Shown here: positions 42,201 through 54,200 of the stretch, one piece after another | Position numbering within the stretch: position 1 is the first letter of the stretch | Layout: each line of letters begins with the position of its first letter | Assembly (NCBI RefSeq): GCF_964204645.1 | Contig: NC_134030.1 | Span: 12,607,947-12,671,946, forward strand | Length of the DNA stretch: 64,000 nt | Reading direction: 5' to 3' | DNA from: Tubulanus polymorphus | Lineage: Eukaryota > Animalia > Nemertea | The notes under the pieces: generated by a model | Seen by the model: only the letters and a program-made list of their open reading frames with translations | The model's database searches: none | Told to the model about the DNA's origin: nothing | Translations under genes and position numbers: made by a program

Positions 42201-45200
42201 ATCGCTACTAGTACTACAGTATTAATGCGATCAATTCCAAATTTTGTATGAATGTTCTATGGACCAAGGCCTATAAAGTTACAGAGCCATTTTTTTGATT
42301 CGTCCTCCAGGGGACGCCCCTGGAGATGGAGTTTCTATTTCTTCAAATTGCTATTAGTCCTACAGTTTTAATCAAATCAAGTCCAAATTTGGTATGAATG
42401 TTCTATAGACCAATACCTACAAAGCACAGAGCCTTTTTGGATTTGGCCACAAGGGGGCACCCCTAGGTATGCAGCTTCTATTTCTTCAAATCACACAGCG
42501 GAGCTATATAACAGAGATGAGAATTCCCCGCGGATCCACGGTTTCCCGCGGATTTCAGTATTGAAAAATATCAATTTTCCAAATAGTCCAAAAATGATGT
42601 AAAAGTATGGGGGGGGTGATGATCTCACTCAATTGGTCCGGCGCGATCGGTAATCAGGTGAACCGTAAAAGCGTTCAGTGCCTGTTTTACTTATCGTCAC
42701 GTAAAAGTATCGCATTTCAATGCATATTCATTGCAACACAGTGATTTTGTATGTACATTTGTACTACGATGAGTTTGTATGTATTTTATCGATCGGTTGC
42801 AGACACGCACGCACAGCAACAGTAGTAACGTATATAGGTCTACTTACTGTTGCTGCGTGTGTGTGGCGAACGCTTTCGGATATTATACACTACTTGGTGA
42901 TGATTTTTAGTGAGCATTCATCGGCGCATTTTTACTGCAATAATTCAGGGCTCGACCCGTAATGCATGAGATGCTGAATGTCATCAAATGAGGATGTACC
43001 ACATTGGAACTAGCCATTACCTTCCAAAATATAATAGTCGTTCATGGGTTCGAGATCGCTCTAAGTGCTCGGAAAACGTATTTAATTTCTAAAATTTTCT
43101 TGGGGGAGGGCCCCCAAACCCCCCCCCGAAATAGCTTCGCGCCTTAGGCGCTCGCTAGTGCTGACGGCTACGCCGTCAGCTGGTTCGCGTATGTCACTCA
43201 AGAAAAATAACCCGCGGATTTTACAGGTCGGCGTTCTCATCCCTGATATAAGCCGATAGGCTCCTTGTTTAAATTTCTATTTAATTTTTCACTGGCAATG
43301 GGCACAAGAAAAAATAGAGAATCTCTTCACCATTGCCAGTGACGAGTTATCTTGTCACTGGCTGACTGGTTGACTGAAATCGATTGTCACCAGTGGTTTT
43401 TGCCGACTGGTGGCTATTGTTGTTCACCAAAATAAGTGCTTTTTTCAGTGCACGAATGCAAATCACGCTTTAAAGTTTCATTGGAAATTTTGAATTTTCA
43501 TTCGATCTATTGTTGATTCAATCTATTGTCTCAAAGATTGTTATGTGTCTCCCTTGGACCCATCATCATAAGAAATATCAGATAGCTTAGAAATAAGATG
43601 GCATCATCATGTGGCCTTATATGTGCCAAAAATTCATTCTTGTCCTGAATTGTTTTATAGGCCTGAAGCTTCTTTATGGTTTGTATATACATTAAAATTT
43701 TATATTTTCCAGTATGAACCATTCGAAAAGCCTCACAGAAAGTTTCTTGTCATTTGCTGATAGCACTACTATATCCAGTTCGTATAGATCATTGACTGAC
43801 ACAACATCAGATTTTTTTACATTGGATGAGTCGAAGGGTTGCACTTCAGAAACAGATAGATTGCAGACTTATGGGGTGCCAAAGAATCAACATTTTTATC
43901 AACTCACATATCCATCATCTGGTGCTTCAGATAAATCTTTTTCAAAAGCTGAAGACACTTTCTTAAGGCATGAAGAAGAGAATGTAAAGTTGATGGACAA
44001 TCAAGAACATTTAACATCTGAGGAAAGTGACATAACTGTTTTAAGTGGTCAGGATAGTGCCACTATGGTTCAGAAGTTAACATTGGAAGGTGTGCCAAAC
44101 ATCGACAAAACAATCCATTCGTCTGTCAACAGTGATTGTAATTTGCCACGCGTATCTAGAGGTGGAAGTTCAGATGACAGGAAAAAAGTTTTGGATGATT
44201 GTTCATATGGTATGCAATTGGATTCATTGACAAGTGGTAGAACTGCAAGTGACAAAACAAGTCCTATGGGTTCATTGACAAATCGAACTTTGAATAGCAT
44301 GGTGGAAAGCATTTATGAAAGTAGTATATCTCGCAAGCATTCATCAGAATCCTCAGTCTTTGATAAAGTAATCGAGAATCAGGAATCCGATATTTTCATT
44401 GTTAAACGAGTAAAAGATAAGAACATTGCTGGTTACACTGCCGGTAATAAGCGATCGGCTTGGTATAACGAAGACACTGTCCCTTTATCAACAGATCATG
44501 ATGATGCCTATCCTAGCCATAAAAATCCTTTCAGTGATGACAGTGAAACTCTCTTAGATACAAATGAATATTCTTCGAACCCATTTATTACAAATGATAA
44601 AAATCCATTTGTGGAAACCACTGATGATAGTGATCAGACATGTTTACAAAAGTGTGAAAACGTTTGCAAGGATGTCACCCAGGAATCTAGAATGTATGAT
44701 GACAATGGATTGACGATTCAGAATAATCCTTTTTTAGATGAAGTTACCGATGAAACTGATTGCACGTCATCAGGACAATTAATTGTGACAAATTCTCTGA
44801 AATCAGATTCATCAGTGGCATCAGCTGCATTTGCTGAGGGCGAGAATCCTTTCAGAAGTGAAGTATTAGTAAATATGGGTGACTGCTGTTCCATACAGCG
44901 TTTAACTGGTGTACAAGTAGAAACGCCACAAAATACTGATACAAATGTTGTACGATATAATTTTGAGGATTATGGTCAGGTCGATCATCGTATCATGCTG
45001 TGGCTGACAATGAAAGTTTTCAATGAAGAAAATGAGGAATGCCAAGCTCTCTTGCGGGTAAGTAACTCGAGTACAAATTGACCATCATTGTTCTTATGCC
45101 ATCTTTGTGATGACGATTCTTCCCTAGTTTTATGCTAATAAGATTAAACTCATCAATTTTAAGTGTGGTATTGTCCAATATATGAACCCAGATGAATTTC

Positions 45201-48200
45201 AAGGATTACTTATTGTCTCAAATAAAAAACTCTACATTGTTCGCATAGTTGGAGAAGAAAGGTATGTATGAACCAAATAACTTTTTTCATAGCCTATTTG
45301 GGGCTAGGCCCGAGTAGGCTATTGTGTTCACTTTTGATCTGTTCGTCTATAGACAGAATCCAGTTTTGTGGAGAAATTTGATGTATGGTCTTGGTTTTTG
45401 GTTTCAGGGCTTGCAATCATCCGCCATTATTTGTCCAAAAAGTCACTTTGTGTAATTCGTGCAAATCCACTGAGATTAAACTTGAAAATATCCACAAAAG
45501 TCACTTTGTGTAATTCGTGCAAATCCACTGAGATTAAACTTGAAAATATCCACAAATCCCAAATTGGTTATTTTGTCTTCCAACAGGTTAGCCATCTCCT
45601 ACCTGAAATTTTCAATCATTCCTTCAACTTCAGAAATACAGTCTACCTCGGATGTAACGTAGCAGTCGGGACCAGTTAATCTGTACGTTATAACCGAATA
45701 CAGTATATGTACATACCGTAGAAACTGTTATATCCGTATGTCATTTAAAACCGAGGGATGTCCATGCATGCCTATTGTGTGCATAAAACGACTTCAATGT
45801 GTTGAATAATCAGAGAAGAAATAATTATTATTTGCCTCCAAATATTTAAGAATATCATACTTCTCCTTAAAACTAATCACCTTTGTTTTGGAAGCCATCA
45901 TGCTGCTTTAAAACACGCGTTTTCAGACTACTGTTAGCGTATTGTGTAGGACTATGATATGCCTATATGTAAGTGTTGCCATGGAAACTATCGATAATTC
46001 GGACATGACACGTGTGCGTACAGTAGTAAGGTTATTGCACTGTTTTTAGACTTTCTTTTTTTATCTGTGATATTTTTTTCTATTTCTAATAGGCTGAGCC
46101 TATTACGATACGAATGGAGCAAATTTAAATGACATGGTTTCAGGAGCTAAGGCCCGACTGTGCAACTGAACATTCATACAAATCATTTGTTAAAGCATTA
46201 TCCATTCTCCAAATCATAGCAAGCTGAATATTGAAAAACGGGTCTCGTTAGAATTTTATATGAGCTTTTTTGAGATAATCTGAAGGCAAAAATATCGGTT
46301 TTAAAAAGCCAATCAGAAAGCAAAGACTCCTCTATGATTGGCTTAGCCGCAGAGTTCAGCAGGTGTTCATGTGAACACGCGGTTTAAAATTGTATTTTAA
46401 CCCTTTCAATACCACATAGTGTCTCCGCTGCTGTACCGGAAGGAATTTAGGGGTTTATAGGTTTATAATGGTATATAATTGAGGCTTCATAGAATAGTTA
46501 CTAAGGTATCTGACACAGAAAAATTATATAGCATGTTGTTGATAACTTTTGGGCCAACAAAATAGACATAGATAATTTGGATATAAGTGAACTTGAGGTC
46601 AAGGTCACATACTCCAAGATGGCCACCATGAAAAAAATTCACGAAAAAGTTTCAGATTATCTGCTCTGTCTCCTAGGAAAATGCACTGATCTATTCAATT
46701 TCAACTGAAATTATATGCCATATATCCTTACTTTATGTAGTAAAAAATTCAAAGCATTAGAACAACTAAAAAATTTATTTTTCCACTCATTTACGCACTT
46801 TTCCATTATATGTCGGAATGCCGGATGTAAGGGGTTTCATTGGGGTATAATTCAGGCCTCAGAAAATTGTTACCTATGTATATGACACTGATATATTGTA
46901 TACCATGGTGTTGATAACCTTTGGGCTTACAAATAAGACAAATAATTTGGATATATGTGACCTTGAGGATGGACAGTTTCTGGTTATTCGTTATTGTTAT
47001 TGGTTGCCATGACAACCGGATCAACAGGGTCTAAAAGTATTGTCACCGATTTCATTTTCATCATCAAAATCATTGCCGGCACAAAACCTATTTTCTGACT
47101 AAGTCTCATCATCTGAACTGCACTGTCATATTCGTTGTCACTCACAATTTGTTCGCTACTAAATTCCAAGGCATCAGCATCACTGTCAGCGTCATATACG
47201 AGTTGCTGAACCGTTTCATCCAGCCAAATTGTTTTTAGCATTTGAACCTCTGGCATTTTTACTTCTGGCATTATTACCTATGGCATTTTTACCTCTGGCA
47301 TTATTACCGCGTACCTTTCATCTAGTCTGCGCGGTTGCGCCACCTCGCGGGATTTACGCGAAGCAGCAAACACAAACATGGCCACTCTCTCAATTTTAAT
47401 GATAGAAATCGTATGTGCATTTCAATTATTTCGGCTGTTAGGGCTTTAAGGCACAATATAAGTTGATGATGTGATATGGCGATGTTAATTAATGATAATT
47501 CCGCAGTGAAGCTAGTCACGAACGGTGCCGATTGAGTGTACAGCTACCAAAAACACTGAAATGTGCGTAGTTGCGTAACTATTTGCAGTGAATTGCAGAC
47601 GAAACATGAAGTCTTAACGGCCGATTAAAAAAAATTATACCAATCACAACTGTAAAATAAAAATGAGATAGAACCTAAGTTAAAATTCTGGCCATTTCTA
47701 AAATGTTATTACTAATTTTTAGTCAGTGCCGAATGTTTAGTTTTCCAACAATAATGAGGGGTGGTAGGTTGTCAATTCAAGTCATCATTTATTACACGTT
47801 ACTTCCGTGTTGTTGAAAATCTCGCGATTCCTGGACCAAACCCCATTGAACGATGTGATCTGTGTGCTGGCCACAAATGCACACAGATCACACTACACTA
47901 CCCATTACACACTCCAGTACCCACAGCTTTCATATATCCATCCAAATATTTAGAGTGTCTTTCTTCCTTGATGAACTTTTGGGGACCGAAAAGACACAAT
48001 TTTGGTGGCCGAACTCATCCAATCTTAGACTTCAACCACACTGGAAACTAAAATCCTGCAGCAACAGAATGATTAGACAATCTTTATTCTAACCAACATG
48101 GAAGTTGCCTGACTGTCTATGACTAAACAATGACCACATAGCATTATAATTTCAGATCCCTTGAATATACTCTTGACATAACTTTTGTTGCTCATATATA

Positions 48201-51200
48201 TTACCGATATCATTTAAAACTCTTAATCTGAGTTTCATGAATAAATTGACACACAAAACAGTATTTCTTACCTGCAGCAACAGAATGAATGAAAAATCTT
48301 CATTCTAACCAACACTGCTCCAGCAACGACCAATGACATTGTTGCTGCTTCTTTATACCCACGGAAAGTGCATGAGGGAGGAAGCACCGTATGGAAACAT
48401 GACCTGACAAAACAGGCCTGGTTACAATTATATCACCAAAATAAAGTATTGATAATTACCTACAAACTCTTTTCTTATGACAGATTTGCTATAACTGATA
48501 AATATTGAGTTGTTAGGTTGGAACATGGTACATCAATTAAGTTGAATTACCATAAAAACAGCAAGCCACTTAATTTTCACCAAAATCTGGCTGCACGGAA
48601 AGGTGTAATGAAGATGACTTGTTTTAGACATGTATGGTTTATCACAACAAATAAACATTTAATTATTTTTCATAGGGATAATCCAGATAATTGGGCCACT
48701 TGTGTAGAGAACCAATTGATAACTGAAGTGCACTATGTAGATGTTGGTTATGGACACCAATCCTTCAGATTAGAATTTGGTACTGAGGGTTCCAGCTATA
48801 CATTTATTATACGGGATCATGGACGTTGTAAGAAGTTTATCCACGGATTAACAGGTAATTGTTTCTTAATGCATTTAATATGAACAACTTTGCCTACATA
48901 ATATGTCATAAGGATGTGTGGCTGACAATCGTGTGACTTTATTTGTGTAAAAATATGTCACTTTACCTTCATGACGTAGTCATGAAGGTTACAAGATGGT
49001 AGTGAGTCGATGACGTCATTTTTGTGTCGCCACTTAAAACTTGTTGGTGGGAGTTCAGAGGAAGATTTGTGAAACGAATGAATACTTTAATCTTATTAAT
49101 GCAGAGTGTAGAATTTCGCTTTTTTAAAATATTTTCCTAAATTATTAGAAAATTCCAATAATAAGACCGTGGGAAAGTTTTTATTGTTAAATGGGCGAAG
49201 CACGGCGGCAGAGTGCACCTCTGATAAGGCGGAAATAGTTCCATGTGAAGGCAAAGATTTTAAATGATTAGACAGTCGGAGGTGGTTTATCAACTTTTTT
49301 CAACTATAGTGCTGCATTTTTCCCAATCAAATTGCTAGATTTCGATCATTTCTCATAAGTCAACACTTGTGATTCAAGTGTGATTTTGATGTGTGTAGAG
49401 ATACATCGTGACTAGCGTATTGAATAGCGGCGCCATGTTTAAGCTGCACGTCGATCGTTGAATAGTGGAATTATAGGGTGGAATTATCTTGGTTGTATCC
49501 ATTTGAAGTTTATTAACTCATTCACTCCGGAATACCCAAATTCAAAATCGCGTGCAGCAGATGGAATTTCCGCCATTTTGGTTAACAGGGGATTCCCCTC
49601 TGGTACTTCCCATGATCAACAGTGTCTATGACGCATTGCGTAGGGGATTCCATGGAATTCCCTCACATAATTTATAATAATAATGTTTACTTGCATTCTG
49701 ATTGGTTAAAATCACGTGCAGTTTGAACGTAGGCAGTGTTAAAATTTGTGACGTCATGAAAGCCGCTCTCAGCGGCTTTCCGTATGCAGCGGTAAATATC
49801 GGCGAGCCGCTGACAGCGTAGTCATTGAGTTAAAGGTTAGTGTCAACAAATGGTCTATTACAGTCCCTCTAATTTATGTGGAGAGATGCTCTTGACCGGC
49901 AAAACCGTGGTGTGTTTCGTGTTATCGTTGGCCTATGTGACTGACCTTGCTTGAGCGTTCACTGCCGGCGCGCTGCTTCAAAGTTATGAATAAAGTATTA
50001 TATAACTGATTGTTAATGACATACAACAAATAAATCTTTAAAGAGCAAATGCCATCAAAATAGAATATTGTGTAAAATTCATTTTCAAATGTGATGTATC
50101 CACAAATATCAAAAAAATAGAATTTTAGTTCAGCCACTACTGAGAAATTTCAGCACGTGCTCACTGTTATTGTTTATGTTACCAGGTGCGTGTTTCTGAC
50201 GTCATCTGTGACAAACGCTCGCCGCTTCCAGTCATTTCACTAGACATTTCATGCGGTATTTCATCGTTTTAGGAGTGATTTGAATAAATAAACTCTTGCC
50301 ATTGTAAGTGTTGCTACCGTTGTATATGCCATGATAATCGTATATAAGTGAGTAGCACTGTAGGTCAGTGAATACGGTGAACAAATGATGTTTATTTTAT
50401 CGATTATACATAGGCTACGCGTACTAGCACGCACATGTGCTTGTGTTGATTGTCATAGTTAACATCATAAATAGCGCCACCCGCGGGTTGAATATGAACT
50501 ATACGCACGGAGTGAAGGATAAATAGATAACTATTCCGCTAACTATTACGGCTAATTCGTGCTCCTTTTTTCAATAAGTCACATCTCAGGTCGCTATATG
50601 TATACTAAAGTTTCTTGTGGTTAAGAAATCGTGGAAAGTACAATTTGGATGGCATTTGCCCTTTAAAGAAAGGTACCTAGTGTCTGACATTCTACTGAAA
50701 AATTCTGGATTGATTCACGGCATAGGTTTTTCATAGTGAGCATTTTAGTATATGAATCAATTAAGATGATTGACAGATGCGGGTGTAGGCGCTACTAGAA
50801 TAATTATGGGAAAGCCATAGAATGGCTTACGTTTCATTGGACTAGGTGCCGTATACGTGCGAATTTCAAATGCTCATTTTCGTATTATTCACTCTTGAAT
50901 GTAGTAGTTGCCTGACCTCAGTTACTTGAAGGGTTGAGTGCATAGAACCACAGGGTTCCAGATCTGCTATGATATGAACTGTTTTATGCACTGCAATCAT
51001 AACCACTGGTAAGACTTAAAAACGTTCTATTGAAACGTTTCTGCAATGTTATTCTGTGAACACTTTTTAACGTTTTACGAACGTTTTTACAAAACATTAA
51101 TGAAACCTTGTCAAAACCTTGAAAACCTCGTAGAAACGTTTCAAAAAAGTTATTCCTAAACGTTTTTGAAACGTCCATTCATTCCTTTTATTGTAACATG

Positions 51201-54200
51201 ACAGAAACATGAAAAACATAAAAACCTATCAGCAACGTTTCCTCCCTAACCTGGATTGTGGATATCCAGTAGACGGAGATAAACGAAGTCATACGTATAC
51301 AATACTTATACCTTTATTGGATATGATTTTTGATAATATAATTCAGCAAAATAGATCATCATCAGCAGCGATGGTTGGACGGATAGAGATATTCCTATTG
51401 CGTTTATTTTATGGCACAGGTGACAGCCTTTCTATAAGCATCATCTTCGCAGCCACTTTCATCGTGGTGTAGGCCCCATTAATTCTCTCCTAGCACTCAT
51501 CTGAAACAAATAAAGCACATTTAGATTCACAGAAAACCACGAAATTAAAAAAAAATTAAAACGACTTTTGTACATCAAATTTTGGAAGTACATGTATACT
51601 TAAATCAACTAATCAATTTGTTTCAAATATCAGTAAATGGTAAATTAATTCTTTTGTTCTTTCCTTTTAAAGTAAATTGTGATCAAGGGGCGATTCGATT
51701 CATATCGATCAGAGATCAGAAGTAAAATCGCTTGCAGTGAAACTGACATAGGCTGTTTCAAGATGGCAATGTTTGCTGTACACGTGCACATAGAGGCAGC
51801 CTCTCTCTAAGCTTCGAAACCCTCAAATGTCAACTTTTTGAAAGTGTTTTTTCTGAATCTAGGAATACATTTTACATTGATATTTTTCTCAGAAAATTAT
51901 TCATAATAAGTTATGCATCTGCTTTAACAAGTATTGAATATGTTTCTGTATCGGAGTAAGGAAACGCTCCTTGAACGTTAGATAAAAATATTTCTTGAAT
52001 GGTTAGCTGTAGAAGAATTCCTGTTGCCATACCATGCAGCTAGTTCTATTCATGTGCATTTAATTTCATTTATTCACACTTTTTTAGAATTGGTTCGTAG
52101 TACAACATCATCTCAAAAAAGTAAATTGGAAGGTATTTCTCGCGAGTATGGAGAAACGGTTGACAATATCATTTCACAGATTATTGCTCCTAACAATGAA
52201 GAGACTGAAGTTATAGATGTGGATACTGGCAAGCTGAAAATCCTGTTCATATCTGGTCATTGGAAGAAAGCTAACACTACTGGTAAGTTTGTGATCATGT
52301 ACCGTACATGCATAGAGCTCATTATTGAATCAAGTTTTTGTCTTGTCACACTGCACTGCAGAATGTAAATATCCATGAGATAACTTTCATTGAGTGAAGA
52401 TGGCTTGCTATTATCGTTATCCATATCCTGTTGTATTTGACATATAAGAGACGTCTAAAAAAGGCTGTATCATCTTTCATCTTCCAGACCTGCCAACGTC
52501 TACGATATCAGTAGTTTTTACGAGAAAGTTGCCGTCACTACGCTAGTACGGGCAGTAGTAGATAAATACGATTTGTAAGGCCTGAAGACAAAAATACGAA
52601 AATGAGATTAATGTTACGCTTAAAGACATTTCTTTTCTTTATTTTACGATTTCAACTAAATACCTACGATAATTTTACCATTGTGGGTAAAATTACAAAA
52701 AAAACTGAACTTTACTACTATTAATACCTGCCATGCCCACTGAAACGTTATATTGATTAGTGCACGCAATGTCTATCGATGAATGACCTATATATATTAA
52801 ACATGTGCCAGCTCGGTGTTCGGGAGTCTCTCAGTAGGTGCACACATTTCATATACACTTGTTCTACTTTGCTCGGCAGAAATTAATTGACAGATGATTG
52901 ACTTGAGATTGGTAGACGATTCTGAACCGTAAAAGCGTTCATGATAGTAAAGTCTGCCGTTGCCATTAGTCCATCAAACTTTAAATCATGATTTCACAGG
53001 GCATCACCCAAAGAAATTAACTATATTTGATTGATTTAATTTCCTGATTGATTTAGATTATCTACTGCTAATTATTTATTATTTAGTTGATCTTGGAGTT
53101 AATACGTATTTTGATGAAACAGGTCCCGACATTAAAAATACAACATGTATGAAATAAAAATTGTATTGATTTCTCTACTATTGGTGCATGGCTGATTTGG
53201 TCCCTGGGAAAAACCCATTAATATAATAGGAATTCACGTAGTCACGTAGTCAATACCTCGCGAGCTGTCTTCTCGCACGCACGTGTCTTGATATATATAT
53301 ATTATATGATAGATTTTGTGCAGCAACTGATAATGCCCAACAGGCAACAGTCGTGTCAGAAATTTAAGGATTTCTATTCAAATTTGTTTCCATGTTTAAC
53401 AGCATCTAGAAAAAGTGACACATTTCCTGGTTCATTTTTCATCATGATCTGATGCCAAATTATGTCTGTACACACAGCTAGCTAAAAAAGCTACTTCACT
53501 GTTGAGGGAACTACAATTTATTTGAGTTTTTTATTCAAAAACTACTCTACTGGTGAGGAAACTACTATTTTTCATAATCTTCGAAAAACTACTATTTTAG
53601 GATGTTGACGCAACTTGGTATGTAGATACTACGGGCCAAGGGCTAAAAAGTTATAGAGCCGTTTTCTGAATTTGAACTCTTGAGAGTGCTGTGTAGGTGG
53701 TCCTTGTAAAATCTAATCATTGCTTGTTAAAGGTTGGTGTCAACAAATGGTCCATTACAGTCCCTCTAATTTATGTGGAGAGAAGCTCTTAACCGGGAAG
53801 ACTGTGGTCTGTTTCGTTTTATCGTTGGCCTACGTGACTGACCTTGCTTGAGCGTTTGCTGCCGGCGCGCCACTTCAAAGTTATGAATAAAGTATTATAT
53901 AACTGATTGTTAATGACATGCAACAAATAAACCTTTAAAGAAAGGTACCTAGTGTCTGACATTCTACTGAAAAATTTTGGATTGATTAACGGCATAGTTT
54001 TTTTATAGTGAGCATTTTAGTATATGAATCAATTAAGATGATTGATTCTTGATACATTTCATGTAGTGTGATCTTTGGGGCAGCTAAAATGGGCCTGTCT
54101 TTTCATGTAAGGATTTATTACCACAAAATGAACATTATCACCACATAGCCTATACCATCTTAACTATTTTAAAACTTGTTACATCGTTACAATGTTAATC

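Larger units (their letters stand above)
38950..43270 (+). mobile_element. HINE family A outer copy (146-bp monomers with GC palindrome), interrupted twice
   Basis: 5' agctccgctgtgaccgaaggtcaacggagct; array resumes at 42009 (period 146); 3' cagcggagct...agccgataggct is split by a MITE. Confidence 0.8.

Noticed and set aside
45637-45760. TA-CAGTC pogo/Tc1-like end; a similar end at 63967-64000
   Set aside because: No partner TIR within the window.
46398-47271. Possible piggyBac element (TTAA-CCCT end, acidic minus-strand peptide); similar end at 12702
   Set aside because: No matching second end or catalytic domain seen.
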